A stretch of DNA of 64,000 nucleotides from an uncultured bacterium (GCA_963729625.1 CAVSOU010000010.1:832001-896000), one strand, 5' to 3'. Numbered from the stretch's first letter, positions 38,708 through 49,807 are shown. Program-made: numbers and translations. Notes: a model not told the origin generated them from the letters alone.

Positions 38708-40621
38708 TCAGTCTACGGAGACCGCGTAGAGCCACGAATCGGTTGCGCCAAAATAGATAGTGCGCTCATGCAGAATAGGCGAGCCGGGGATCATGCCGCC
38801 AGCGCGGTACCGCCAGGCAAGACGTCCAGAGCGCGCGTTGAGGCAGTACAGGTTCTGGTCGATACTGGTGAAGAAGAGCAGGTCTCCTGAGATCAGCGGC
38901 GTTGAGCTGATCTGCCCGCCGGCTTGAAATTTCCAGGCAAGCTTTCCCGTCTTCAGGTCAATCGCGTAGAGATTCTGGTCGGTTGACCCGATGTACACGA
39001 GGCCGTGCTGGCTCTTGGGACCGCCGAGGATGTAGTGCGCAGTCTTGTACCGCCAGATCTGCCAGCCCAACTCCGCATCGAAGCAGTACACGTGACCGTC
39101 CATACTGCCAATCAGCACGCACTTGTCGACAACGACGGGAGAGCTTGTAATCTCTCTGAGCGTCTGAAACTTCCACTTCATCACGCCCGAAACAGCTTCG
39201 ACGCCATAGACCGAGCAGTCCTCGGAGCCGATGTAGATCATTTGCTCGTATACGCTTGGAGTGCAGCGCAACGGCTTCCACGTTCGATAACGCCATAGCT
39301 CGTACCCGGTCTGCAGGTCGAGTGCGTACAAATGGCCGTCGTCGGAGCCTATGTAGCACGTGGTATCCGTCAAGCGCGGCGAAGAGCGCACCCTCGACTT
39401 CGTCTGGAACAGCCACTGCACAGCATGCTGTGCCACGTTGAGCGCGTACACGTTGTTGTCCTCGGAACCGAACACGACCAGGTCGCCCGCGCCGGCAGGC
39501 GTCGAACAAATGCCGCCCTCTGTGGCGAACTTCCAGCGCAACGCTCCCGTGGCCGGATCGAGAGCGTAGAGGTTCTGGTCATATGTGCCCACATAGAGCA
39601 TGTTGTCATGAACGAGAGGCGTAGATCTGATCTCATCCTCTGCCATGAACTTCCAGCGCAGCCGCGGTTGCCCATCTCCGGTAGCGCCACTGCCTCCCGG
39701 GCCCCCTACCGTCCCGGTCATCAGGTGGGTGCCGATCCGCTGCCTGGTCATACACGTCTCTATAGCCGAGCGCATTTCCTCGGCAGTAGCAAACCGATCT
39801 TCAGGTAGATAAGCAAGCGCGCGCAGAATCAGCGCTTCCACGTGCCTTGAGACGGTCGGATTGATCTTGGTCGGGGGCCGCTCCGCGAACGTAAATGGCG
39901 CCTCCAGCCTCGGATCGATGCGCGTGAGCATATGGTGCATCAGAGCTCCAAGAGAATAGAGGTCGCCGCGGGGTTCCGACATGCCGCGATACTGCTCAGG
40001 CGGGCAGTACCCTTCGGTACCGATCATTGTGCCCTTGCTCTTCGACTGAAAAGCTTTGGCAATGCCGAAGTCGATCAATACGATGCGATTGTCGTCGGTC
40101 AGCATGACGTTGGACGGCTTCAGGTCTCGGAACACGATCGGCAACGGCTTGTGGTTGTGCAGGTAAGCGAGTACGTCGACGATCTGCAGCGCATATTCAA
40201 GTACCGTCTCTTGTGGAATCAGATCCTCGCTCGCGTTCAGCACAGTTTCGAGGTCGTTGCCCTTAATGAATTCGAGGACCAGGTAGACTTGACTTCCCTG
40301 AGTGAAGTAGTCGTACACCTTGGGGATAGCCGGGTGACTCAGGCCCGCCAGGAGATTGGCTTCGCGCTCAAATGTCTGCAGGAGTTGCGCGCGATCCGCT
40401 TTTCCCTGCGACGTGTCGCTCATCTCCTTGACGGCGCAAGGTTTGAATGTGTTCGCGAAACGCATGTCGCGCGCCGCATACACAGTGCTCATGCCGCCAA
40501 GACCGACAACTTGCGTTATCTGATACCTCTTGGCAAGCACCGTACCTTTCGGCAGGGTCGTGCGGCCGCTACCGGATCCGACACGGGCCTCTGAAGCGCT
40601 CTCAGGCTGCTCCGTCTGCAC
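38708..40621 (-). CDS. Hanks-type Ser/Thr kinase with C-terminal PQQ-like beta-propeller (AfsK-like architecture)
   Basis: GLGGMS, AVKE, RDLKPSN, DFG, GTEGYCPPE; repeated GS.D..LYA.D..TG...WK. Confidence 0.95.
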   Translation of the reverse strand: MQTEQPESASEARVGSGSGRTTLPKGTVLAKRYQITQVVGLGGMSTVYAARDMRFANTFKPCAVKEMSDTSQGKADRAQLLQTFEREANLLAGLSHPAIPKVYDYFTQGSQVYLVLEFIKGNDLETVLNASEDLIPQETVLEYALQIVDVLAYLHNHKPLPIVFRDLKPSNVMLTDDNRIVLIDFGIAKAFQSKSKGTMIGTEGYCPPEQYRGMSEPRGDLYSLGALMHHMLTRIDPRLEAPFTFAERPPTKINPTVSRHVEALILRALAYLPEDRFATAEEMRSAIETCMTRQRIGTHLMTGTVGGPGGSGATGDGQPRLRWKFMAEDEIRSTPLVHDNMLYVGTYDQNLYALDPATGALRWKFATEGGICSTPAGAGDLVVFGSEDNNVYALNVAQHAVQWLFQTKSRVRSSPRLTDTTCYIGSDDGHLYALDLQTGYELWRYRTWKPLRCTPSVYEQMIYIGSEDCSVYGVEAVSGVMKWKFQTLREITSSPVVVDKCVLIGSMDGHVYCFDAELGWQIWRYKTAHYILGGPKSQHGLVYIGSTDQNLYAIDLKTGKLAWKFQAGGQISSTPLISGDLLFFTSIDQNLYCLNARSGRLAWRYRAGGMIPGSPILHERTIYFGATDSWLYAVSVD

Positions 40622-40721
40622 CTACGATATCCTCAACCACTCAGCCGCCTTCACGAGAGCCGTTGCACCCGTCCGCGCGCACCGTCGCCGGGCGTGGGAG
40701 TGAAGCGCGACAGCGTGTTTG

Positions 40722-40893
40722 AAAACCCGCGGTGACCACCTCATTGCCGTGCTCCCTTGCGGACCCAGTTCAGTATCCCAGCTAAAGCGAGATCTGTCAT
40801 TGGCCAGTCTGGTTTCGGGCAATGCGCGCGCGTCAGGCGGTCGGGATACCGGCACGTCGACCAGGATGGATGGTAAACGCCACCACGCCCGAG
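40722..40893 (-). ncRNA. candidate 6S-like rod-shaped RNA
   Basis: Nested stems 40879-40887/40728-40736, 40843-40849/40773-40779 and 40817-40824/40798-40805; TGAACTGGGTCCGCAAGGG resembles the 3' strand of 6S RNA. Not tested with a covariance model. Confidence 0.42.
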
Positions 40894-40950
40894 TCGCCGC
40901 CATGAGATCTTGAGCGCGACAGGCACCAGAACGCGCTTCATCCACAAGTG

Positions 40951-41024
40951 TGGGCGAAACAGGGCTCGAACCTGTGACCTTCCGGGTGTAAACCGGACGC
41001 TCTAACCAACTGAGCTATTCGCCC
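40951..41024 (-). tRNA. tRNA-Val(TAC)
   Basis: GGGCGAA acceptor stem, TAGCTCAGTTGGTTAGAGC D arm, TCCGG-TTTACAC-CCGGA anticodon arm, GGTTCGAGCCC T arm; CCA not encoded. Confidence 0.97.
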
Positions 41025-41375
41025 GATCACGCTCAAGCAACGCCGTGGATGGCCGGCAAGCTCTTGCACGACTACCATTGCACACCTCGCCGGTACTAGC
41101 GGAGTATAGCATGGGCATTGCGCACCAGCAACACGATGTGGCGCCGCTACAACCGCCGTCCTCGCTGCAGAGAAGGGCCGCAGGGAGAGCAAGATGACGA
41201 CCAGACATCGCCCTTGGCGGCGCCGGCCTGCGCCCCGGCACGGTAGGTCTACGCGGCGCGCGGGGCGCATGTACAATGGTCGTGCGGCGCATTGACGCCG
41301 GGTGCTGCCGATGAGCGATGCACGACGCGCAAGCGCGGCAGGATCGGTCGGGTCGACTGGCGAGGAGGGCAGGCA

Positions 41376-42224
41376 ATGAAGTACGCAATCAACGTGCCTA
41401 TCTTCGGCGAGTACGGCGATGCGCGGCTTTTATGCAGTCTGGCGCGGGATGCGGAAAGCGCTGGGTGGGACGGCTTTTTTGTCTGGGATCATCTGCAGTT
41501 TTCCGACCCTCCGACGCGAATACCGTTCACCGACGCATGGGTCGCGCTTTCTGCTATCGCCGTGTCCACGCAGCGGCTGCGTATTGGGCCACTGATCACG
41601 CCCGTGGCGCGCCGTCGTCCCTGGAAGCTTGCTCGAGAAGCGGTGGCCCTTGACCACCTGTCCGGCGGTCGCCTGGTGTTGGGTGTCGGGCTCGGTGAGC
41701 CCCCGGTGGCGGATTTTGCCGCATTCGGCGAGGATCCCACCCCGAGCGTACGAGCAGGCAAGCTCGACGAAGGTCTTGATGTTCTAACAGGACTATGGTC
41801 CACTCAACCGTTCAGTCATGATGGCCGGTATTTTACGGTCCGTGATGCCATCTTTCTGCCCCCACCCCTGCAGCAGCCGCGAATCCCCATCTGGGTCGCA
41901 GGAACCTGGCCCAATCGCAAACCAATGCGGCGAGCCGCACGGTGGGACGGCGTTTTCCCCTTCATGGCCGGCGATTTCGCTCTACCGACGCCGGGCCAGC
42001 TGCACGACATCGTCGGCTATGTGATGGAACAGCGCACCGCCGAGGGTCCTTTCGACATCGTCTTGGCGGGCGACACCCCAGGAGACGACCCGGACGCGGC
42101 AGCCGATTTTGTGGCCTCCTACGCGGCGGAAGGACTCACATGGTGGCAAGAGGGGCTGAGCTCCCAGCGCGGACCGCTTTCCGCTATGCGCGCCCGAATT
42201 CTACAGGGTCCGCCACGATTCTAG
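41376..42224 (+). CDS. luciferase-like (LLM) flavin-dependent oxidoreductase
   Basis: AESAGWDGFFVWDH, RRRPWKLARE, LDHLSGGRLVLGVG, PIWVAG. Confidence 0.9.
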   Translation: MKYAINVPIFGEYGDARLLCSLARDAESAGWDGFFVWDHLQFSDPPTRIPFTDAWVALSAIAVSTQRLRIGPLITPVARRRPWKLAREAVALDHLSGGRLVLGVGLGEPPVADFAAFGEDPTPSVRAGKLDEGLDVLTGLWSTQPFSHDGRYFTVRDAIFLPPPLQQPRIPIWVAGTWPNRKPMRRAARWDGVFPFMAGDFALPTPGQLHDIVGYVMEQRTAEGPFDIVLAGDTPGDDPDAAADFVASYAAEGLTWWQEGLSSQRGPLSAMRARILQGPPRF

Positions 42225-42257
42225 ACCGGCAGTCCGCGACGTTGGCGTCGACTACGC

Positions 42258-43356
42258 CTACGGCCACCACAGGAACACCGCGCTGCAGGCCCATGCCGCG
42301 ATGAGCGGGCGTCGCACCCAGCATGAGCCGAAGCTGGGATGGACGAGCGACGCCAGCACCATACCGTCAGCGGTCCTCGCGGACGCCCAAAGATCGGCGT
42401 ACGTCTGGCTCGGCAGCGTCCAGACAAACACGATGTTGGCGGCGAGCGCAAGGGAGCGCCAACTCGTGGCGGCGAGCAAGACAGCCGTGCCGACCTGTGC
42501 CGCGCTGAGACCAGATGCCGCACGCGAGCAAGGCCACGCACAACACACTCGGACCGGCAACCGCCAGGAGATCGCCCACGACCGCCCCGGTGCCACGAGC
42601 CCCGCGCAGGCCCACTAACAACAGGCGTGGTGCAGCATGCGCTTCCGATAAGCCTGTGTGGCCGAACATGTGGACCAGCGCCAGCTGCCAGGCAAGATAG
42701 GGCGCGGCGACCAAAACGGTGAAGACGGCGAAGGAGTTGGCGCGGCCGCGAAACGCGTAAGACGCCGCAACTGCTGCCGCGAACAGCAGCGCGGTCTCCT
42801 TGGTCAGCACGGCTGCCGCTAGCAGCACACCGGCCAGCGGAACACGGTCAACGCGGACCGCCATCAGCGCGCACGCGACGAGCAGCATGGCAAACGGCTC
42901 GGCGAGATCGCGCCAGAATGCTGCCACCTGGCCCGCATAGAGCGCCCATGCCAGCGCGTAGGCAGGGTGAAATCCGTTCGCCCGCAGGAACCGGGCGCAG
43001 ACCAACGTGCCGATGGCAACGGCGACGATGTTGATCAGGACGAGCGCCCCCGGCACAAGCGCATTGCGGCCAACACTGAGCGCGCGAGCCAGCATCGGAT
43101 AGCCGATGCGCTGGTAACGGTACGCGACGTTATCCAATCCGCGGGACGTGCCCAGAGGAGCAATGGCGATCCGGTAATAGAACTGACCATCGTAACCATG
43201 ATTGCCGGGAGTATTGGATGTGCCCATCACCACGAACGGCAGGGCACTGCCATCCGCGCGAACACGCACCGCGAACACACACGCGTATACGGTGAGCACG
43301 AGCAATGCGATCAGGTATGCCGGTCCGAATTGACGGGTACGCGCGCGGAGATCCAC
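42258..43356 (-). CDS. GT-C-like membrane protein (AZOBR_p60025-like), probable frameshift near 42490-42520
   Basis: GYDGQFYY, AYRYQRIGYP, DLAEP, LTKET. The hydrophobic C-terminus continues in another frame (ANIVFVWTLPSQTYADLWASAR). Confidence 0.7.
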
Positions 43357-43374
43357 TTAGGCTCCCCCCGCCGG

Positions 43375-44556
43375 TCAGCGTGGACAGCCCGCAAGCGCCT
43401 GATCGAGGTCCGCCAGCACGTCTACCGTCGCCTCGATGCCCGCCGAGACACGGATCATGCCAGGCCCGACTCCCAGGGCTTGCAACGCGTCTTCGGGTAG
43501 ACCGTAGTGGCTTGTCGCATACGGATACGAGACGGTCGTGGCAACGTCGGCAAGGCTGGGAGCAAACGCGATCGTCTTCAGATCATTCAGGAAGCGCCGA
43601 GCCGCGTCACCCCCGCCCTGAAGCACGAAGCTCAACATCCCTCCGCAGCCACCCGGATATAGTCGTTGATAGAGTGCATGATGCACGTGGCTGGGCAGCC
43701 CCGGATGAAGCACGCGCGCTACCGCCGGGTGCGCCTCGAGATGGCGGGCAACGTCCAGTCCGAGCCGGGAGTGCACGGGCATGCGCAGAGGCAACGTCGG
43801 CAATCCGAGCAAGGCGAGCCACGCGTCCATCACGCCCAGGCACGACCCAATGTGAACGATCTTCTCGCGCATTGCCTGAACGAGTCCACGCTCACCTGAG
43901 GCGACGCCGCCGCACGCAGCGCTGTGGCCGCCCAGATACTTAGCGGTAGAGTGCCATGATAGCGACGCGCCGTGCTCGATCGGGCGCAACAGAGCTGGAG
44001 AGGTGAAGGTCGCGTCCACCATGACAGGCACGCCGAAAGCGCGTCCCAAAGTGCAGAGTGCCGGGATATCAGCCACGCGCATCGTCGGATTGGACAGCGC
44101 CTCAACCATGAGAGCTTTTGGACGCCGCCGCAGAGCGTGCTCGACCGCATCGAGATCGACCGCATCGATCAGCGACACGTCGATGCCAAGCCTGGGCAAA
44201 TCCTGCCTCAGCAGGTTATATGTGCCGCCGTACGCGTGGCGATCGGCGACGATCAGGTCGCCCGAGCCTGCCAGGCTCAGAACGGCAGCGGTTGCGATTG
44301 CCATTCCCGAGGCCGCGGCGACCGCAGCTTCGGCGCCCTCCAGCCCGGCGATGGCGTGCTCGAGCGTGTCGTGCGTCGGCGTGCCGTTTCGGTAATATAT
44401 GTGACCCGCCGCGCCGTCGCGCATCGCTTCGAGATCCTCGAGGCGATCAAACTCGTACACTGTGCTCTGGTAGATCGGCGAGATAAGCGGCCGAGAGACA
44501 GTTGCTCCGGGGAGCGGGCGCGCGGCGTGCGCGGCGAGCGTTGCGAATTCAGTCAT
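43375..44556 (-). CDS. trans-sulfuration PLP enzyme (cystathionine gamma-synthase/methionine gamma-lyase family)
   Basis: PIYQSTVY, ASGM, YGGT, SNPT, STAKYLGGHS, IRVSAGIE. Confidence 0.9.
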   Translation of the reverse strand: MTEFATLAAHAARPLPGATVSRPLISPIYQSTVYEFDRLEDLEAMRDGAAGHIYYRNGTPTHDTLEHAIAGLEGAEAAVAAASGMAIATAAVLSLAGSGDLIVADRHAYGGTYNLLRQDLPRLGIDVSLIDAVDLDAVEHALRRRPKALMVEALSNPTMRVADIPALCTLGRAFGVPVMVDATFTSPALLRPIEHGASLSWHSTAKYLGGHSAACGGVASGERGLVQAMREKIVHIGSCLGVMDAWLALLGLPTLPLRMPVHSRLGLDVARHLEAHPAVARVLHPGLPSHVHHALYQRLYPGGCGGMLSFVLQGGGDAARRFLNDLKTIAFAPSLADVATTVSYPYATSHYGLPEDALQALGVGPGMIRVSAGIEATVDVLADLDQALAGCPR

Positions 44557-44749
44557 CCTACCTCCCACGGCAGACGAGTATCAGCCTGCCGCGCCTGCCT
44601 GGAATAGTACAGCCTCGAAGCGAACGACTGCGCGGAATGCGCGGATACCTGCGTGGACAGTCTTGGGTTATCCTTAAGGTCGGACTATCGCACTTGTTGT
44701 TGCTACATGGCAGCAAAGCGAAGAAGTAAGTCGAAACGGAGCAATCGCC

Positions 44750-46595
44750 ATGCGTTGCGGACGCATCTTCCTCGCGTCAATCGCCATTCTCGCCGTCATG
44801 CCCAGCTTGGTCGGCGCGCCGGCGCCGGTACGCGCAGGCGGATTCCAGGGCGCCGCGCTGACCGACTTCACGCAGGTAACCCCGGCAACCGCCATCTACT
44901 ATAGCGTGGCCCAGAACACGAATGACAACCAAAACACGAATCTCAGGGCACTCGGAGGCGATCTTTCTGCGCATGTCGATGTGCAGAGCCTTCTGAAGCA
45001 AGCGCTCGGATCGAGCGCGAGTGACCTGCCGGGCGCCGAGCTTGTGATCAATCAGGTCCTGGCGAGCCTTCAGAAGATCTTCAATGGCGAGTTTGGCGTG
45101 GCCGTGCTCCCCATCTCAATCTCGGCGACGAGTCGTGCTGTACCGGATGTCACTGTGCATCTTCTTCTCGACGCGGGCCTGCAATCCGGCATCTCCGCCG
45201 ATCAGCTGGGCGCCGAGCTTTCATTGCTTGGTCCCAGTATCGTCAAGCAGGCACCGCACTACCGGAACCTCCCGGTTGCGGAGCTTGACCTCCGAAGCTT
45301 GATCAAGAATGCCGCGAGGTCCGCGACAGGCCATGATCGACTTGGAGGACCAGGTATGGCCGCGCCGATCATCTCGGGTGATTTCTTTGGCGCGGTCGCC
45401 GGTAATGATGCCGTCCTGGCGAGCGATCTCCCCACCTTGAAGCAGGCGCTCGATACGTACTTCGGCATGGCTCCTTCGATCGCCGGCGTATACGACTTCC
45501 GCCAAACCGTGGGCGCGCTTCCGACCGGACCGCCTCCTGACGAGCTACGTGCATATCGACACTGAGCAGTGGCGTCCGCTTGTGCATGCGCTTGCGAGCA
45601 AGCAATCACGCAAGGCGCTGGCAAGAGCCTTTCCGGCGACGCCCGGCACGATCAGCGATGCCTATGCGATCACCGCGGAGCCGGATGGCATTCTGACAAC
45701 GATAAGTCCCCGAGTCAGTGCCGGCTCGCTCTCAACCAGCCTGGGCCTGACGGCCACGGGCCTCAGGGAGCCAGGCATTCTTCCCGCGGGCACGTTGGCG
45801 TATGCCGGCATAAATGACCCAGGAAAGATCGTCCGCCAGCTGATCATCGGCGGCTATTCCGCGTTTGAAGCCGTGCAGGGGACTACGAAGCTGCTGCCCG
45901 ATGGGCTGAACATTCCCCAGATCATGGCGCACGGCGACGACATCATTCAGCAGATCGACAAACAGATCGGCATCAATCTGGACGATCAGGTGTTCTCGTG
46001 GATGCACGGCGATGCATCCGTTGCGATTCTGCCCGTCGGTTCCAAGGACTTCGGGACAGGAAGCCCGACCACAACCCTGTCACTGGTTGCAACGCTTCAG
46101 GTGACGGACCAGGCCACCTTGGTGGCCGATCTCGCTGCTATCCAGTCAGCGCTGCAAGCCATACCCGGCAGCGGACTCGAGAGTCTGCGGTTCACACAGG
46201 TTCCCACGTCTGCCGGCAACCCGTTGCAGATGCTCATGGCTACGCCGACTGGAATCGGCTACACGTTCTATCACGGGTACCTGATCGTCGCCACGGCGCT
46301 GCCGGCGGACTTCGCCGGGATCGTGCAGGCCTCGACAGGCAACAGCCTTGCTTCCGACCCAAAGTACAGGACGGCGTTTTCCTATTTCCCGAGGGTGCCA
46401 TATGGCGCGGCGATGTACGCGAACCTCACCGGAGTGCGTGAGATGGCGGAGAAGCTCGCGCAGGCTTCGGGCGCCGACATGCGCGACTATGACAGACAGG
46501 TGCGGCCAATCTTGAAGAGCTTCACGAGTCTGGCCACGGTAAGCTTCGCCGGCCCGAACGGAGGCAGTGCGCGGTTCATCGGAATAGGCAGCTAG
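44750..46595 (+). CDS. exported DUF3352-like protein, split by an apparent one-base insertion near 45527
   Basis: Signal peptide. Removing one G joins ALPT to DRLLTSYVHID. LPAGTLAY, VFSWMHGD, SLASDPKY. Confidence 0.65.
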
Positions 46596-46942
46596 AGCCT
46601 GTCGAGCGCGCAGAACCCTGTGTCATCGAGTTCTTCTCATCGGCGCCCAAAGTGCTCGCATCGTACAGGCCATAGGAGCCTTTGGGCAGGCGATGCCGTC
46701 GTGGTAGAGGGCTGCGCTCTGTGCCGTTGCGTATTATCAACACACGGAGGAGATGGACCTGCCTACAACGTGCAGCTCACCAGCGTCGACGTGCGCATTC
46801 CAGTAGCGACGCTCTACCAGCGCACTGGCGTGCCCGAGACAGCACCCGCCGCGGGCGCGCCAGGCGCCCGCGGCGGGTTGAGGATCTCACTGCAACGCGG
46901 ACCTTCTCGGCACGCGGCCCGATCAAGGGCGACCAAGCTCGC

Positions 46943-47347
46943 TCAGTGGCAGCTGCAGCCGCGCGCCGCGCCGCTCTCATCCGCGGTGCGGAATGAGTGG
47001 CCACAGCCGCAAGAAGATACGGCATTCGGGTTGTTTACGGTGAACCCCGCACCCATCAGGCCGTCGACATAGTCGATCTCAGCACCGTTGACGAAGGCCA
47101 CACTATCCGCGTCAATCACGACGCGGATCCCGTCGTAGGCGACGATAGTGTCATCCTCCATCGGCTCGTCCAGCGCCATGCCGTATTGCAGCCCAGAGCA
47201 ACCGCCGCCACTCACGTAGACGCGCAGCGCCAGATTTTCGTTTTCGTCCGAAGCCTTCGCCAGAATTCCGCGAACCATCTCCGACGCCTTGGCCGTGAGG
47301 GTCACGACCTGCTCCTGTGCAGTGCTGACTTCGTCAATCGTTACCAC
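46943..47347 (-). CDS. HesB/IscA/ErpA Fe-S cluster carrier
   Basis: GGGCSGLQY, IDYVDGLMGAGF, NPNAVSSCGCGHSF. Confidence 0.95.
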   Translation of the reverse strand: MVTIDEVSTAQEQVVTLTAKASEMVRGILAKASDENENLALRVYVSGGGCSGLQYGMALDEPMEDDTIVAYDGIRVVIDADSVAFVNGAEIDYVDGLMGAGFTVNNPNAVSSCGCGHSFRTADESGAARGCSCH

Positions 47348-47484
47348 GCTGTTTACCCTTCTGTCCCGTCAAACACCGTACCACTGGCTATCAGTGCGCA
47401 AGTCGCCCATCCAGTTCTATTGTGGACGTCTGGTTTCAACATAGCTGAGGGGTCCAGAACAGTCAATTCGGCGATTCTACACCG

Positions 47485-48519
47485 TCAGGCCGTCACGACC
47501 TTCAATTCCAGCATGAAATGCCTGGCTTCGCCTGGCTCCAACGATGGCATGGCGTTAGCCGCCCGCGCGCTCGCGCGACCTGTCATCACGCGGGAATTGG
47601 TCGGCTCGAGGCCAACCACGTACGCTCCCTGGCCAAGCTGGCGCCAGACCACCATCCACGGTAGCGTGGTCAGATCCCAGCGAACCTTCAGTCCCAGGCC
47701 GCCATCCAGCGCCGGATTCCAGAGCTCAGCCTCGCCCCAAGAGTCCGGTCCAGGCTCCGGTGTGGCCAGGAACACCTGCTCCTTGAAATGCGGCCGTGGG
47801 CCGTGCATAAGCTGCCAGCCGGCGGCATTTCTGGTCGCCTCCGCGTCACGCGGTTCCACGGAGACGAAGGATCCACGTACCTGCGCGCCGTCGTCGAGAA
47901 GCGGGAAACCCGCATTGATGTGATAGGTCAGAAGATATGGTTCCAGTTCCCAACCCTCGTTCTTCACCACATCGTGAAGTCTGATCGTATCGCCTCCCAG
48001 TTCCATCTCGACCGTGCGAGCCAAAGTCAGGTTCTCGCCAAAAAGCCTGCGCTGCCCCATCGTTCCGGTGGCAAACAGCGTGCACGTGTCTCCTTCCCAG
48101 CGCTCGCCCCAACTCGGTCTCGACGCAGGTATGTTGTGGATGCGCCCGTGCTGGTAATAACGCACGCCTTCGTCGACGCCACCCGGTCCGAAATTGTCCA
48201 GCCCACACGTCGTCAGCATGCCGCCGAAGAAGCTGCGCAGAAAGCCGGTGTCTTCCATCTGGAACAAGGTTGGAGCGACGCGGCCGGTACCACTGTGCCA
48301 GCAAAGCGAGCGTCCACGCCAGGTCAGGTTTGAGATGTCCATACTGCGGTCGGGCAACACTGTGCAGTCGAGATCACCGCCGCAGAGACGCAGCGCCTTC
48401 ACTCCCCGCTCTGGTCCATCGTCGAGCGCGACAGCCTCCACCCCGCCGACCTGGCTCAGCCCACCAACACGCTGCAACAGATCAGCTCGCGAGTATTCTT
48501 TCCCCCATAGGCGTGCCAT
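47485..48519 (-). CDS. aldose 1-epimerase family (DUF4432) protein
   Basis: PDRSMDI, FLRSFFGGMLTTCGL, HGR, YHINAGFP, GLEP. Confidence 0.88.
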   Translation of the reverse strand: MARLWGKEYSRADLLQRVGGLSQVGGVEAVALDDGPERGVKALRLCGGDLDCTVLPDRSMDISNLTWRGRSLCWHSGTGRVAPTLFQMEDTGFLRSFFGGMLTTCGLDNFGPGGVDEGVRYYQHGRIHNIPASRPSWGERWEGDTCTLFATGTMGQRRLFGENLTLARTVEMELGGDTIRLHDVVKNEGWELEPYLLTYHINAGFPLLDDGAQVRGSFVSVEPRDAEATRNAAGWQLMHGPRPHFKEQVFLATPEPGPDSWGEAELWNPALDGGLGLKVRWDLTTLPWMVVWRQLGQGAYVVGLEPTNSRVMTGRASARAANAMPSLEPGEARHFMLELKVVTA

Positions 48520-48619
48520 TGCCTTCTCCTTTCACTGTCGAGTTACCGGGCCCTTCAAGCATAGCGTCGCCGTGACGCGATGCACACTCCTTGCCGCCAC
48601 CGTTCGCGCTATCTCTCTC

Positions 48620-49807
48620 TTAGGGTTCGCGTTCGGCAATTCTCGCGATGAGCTCACCGAGCAGCGCCACGCGCGGGACGATCGAGTCGAGCAACAGCCA
48701 CTCCCGAGGGCTATGATCATCGCCTCCTACCGGTCCTAGGCCGTCGAGAACGGGCGTTCCCACGCTGGCCACCTGGCAGGCGTCGGACGCCCCGCCCGTG
48801 GCGACGGCCTCAATCTCGAAGCCGAGATCCCGGGCCGTCTGCTTCGCGAGTGTCGCAAGCCGTTCGATCGCAGGCGTACGCGCCATGGGAGGAAAGCCTC
48901 GGTGCGCCGTGAGCTTCGTCGTCGTGTCCGGCACAGAGGTGGCGGCGACAACCTCACGTATTGCCGCGTCTATACGGTCCAATCCTTCAGGGTCCAGCGC
49001 GCGCGCCTCGAACTTCGCGAAGGCCGTCTCGGGCACCACATTCAGCGCAGTGCCCCCTCCCGCCAATCCCACGTTCACCGTGGCGCCTGGAACTGTGCCG
49101 TTTAGAGCCTGCAGCGCAATGACCTTGTGCGCCACCTCCAGGATCGCGCTGCGGCCTTTCTCAGGTTCCACTCCAGCGTGTGCTGAGCGACCCTGCACAT
49201 CGATCCGGTAGTCGATGATACCCTTTCGCGCGGCGACAATCGCGCCCGACGCCCGCGCCGCCTCCAACACCAGCGCGGCGTGGCACGTTCTGGCAATCTC
49301 GGTAGTCAGCGCGCTGCTTTCCGGCGAACCGATCTCTTCGTCGCCGGTGAAGAGAAGCACGACTTCCGCGAACGGCGTGTGGCCCGACCATTGCAATGCC
49401 TCCACCGCGTAGATGCCGGCAAGAAGCCCTCCTTTCATGTCGGACGTGCCGGGCCCGACGATCTTGCTTCCCTCGGTTCGCATGGGTCGCTCAGCGGCAG
49501 TTCCGTCCGGATAAACCGTGTCCATGTGCGCCAGCAGCAGAATGCGGACCGTTCCCGAACCAGGCACGCGCGCCTCGACGACGTCCGCCCGGCGGGCGCC
49601 AGCGTGAACCCGCGTCGCCCAACCGTTCCGCGCACACCGCGCCCGCACCCAGGCGCCAACCTGATTGACGCCCTCCGTATTCGCCGTACCGCAATCGATA
49701 CCGCTGAGCAGATGAAGATCTTGAAGAAATGTCTCGAGCCTCTCCGCGGCACGCGCTCGCAAGACTTCGCACCGATTCTCAGGCGCCACGCTTGTCTCCT
49801 TGCTCAA
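48620..49807 (-). CDS. M20 family metallopeptidase (glutamate carboxypeptidase-like)
   Basis: AHMDTV, DMKGG, DEEIGS, GRSAHAG, GGASD, DGLGP, HSPRE. Confidence 0.92.
   Translation of the reverse strand: MSKETSVAPENRCEVLRARAAERLETFLQDLHLLSGIDCGTANTEGVNQVGAWVRARCARNGWATRVHAGARRADVVEARVPGSGTVRILLLAHMDTVYPDGTAAERPMRTEGSKIVGPGTSDMKGGLLAGIYAVEALQWSGHTPFAEVVLLFTGDEEIGSPESSALTTEIARTCHAALVLEAARASGAIVAARKGIIDYRIDVQGRSAHAGVEPEKGRSAILEVAHKVIALQALNGTVPGATVNVGLAGGGTALNVVPETAFAKFEARALDPEGLDRIDAAIREVVAATSVPDTTTKLTAHRGFPPMARTPAIERLATLAKQTARDLGFEIEAVATGGASDACQVASVGTPVLDGLGPVGGDDHSPREWLLLDSIVPRVALLGELIARIAEREP

Noticed and set aside
40700-40750. Fluoride riboswitch (GGCAATGAGGT on the minus strand)
   Set aside because: The downstream GCTGATGAC element is missing and no fluoride-related gene follows.
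40951-41024. tRNA as an integration site for a mobile element
   Set aside because: No integrase, transposase or duplicated tRNA 3' end was seen in the window.
46740-46810. GGAGG followed by a 17-aa ORF (MDLPTTCSSPASTCAFQ)
   Set aside because: The RBS is only 2 nt from the ATG and there is no other support.
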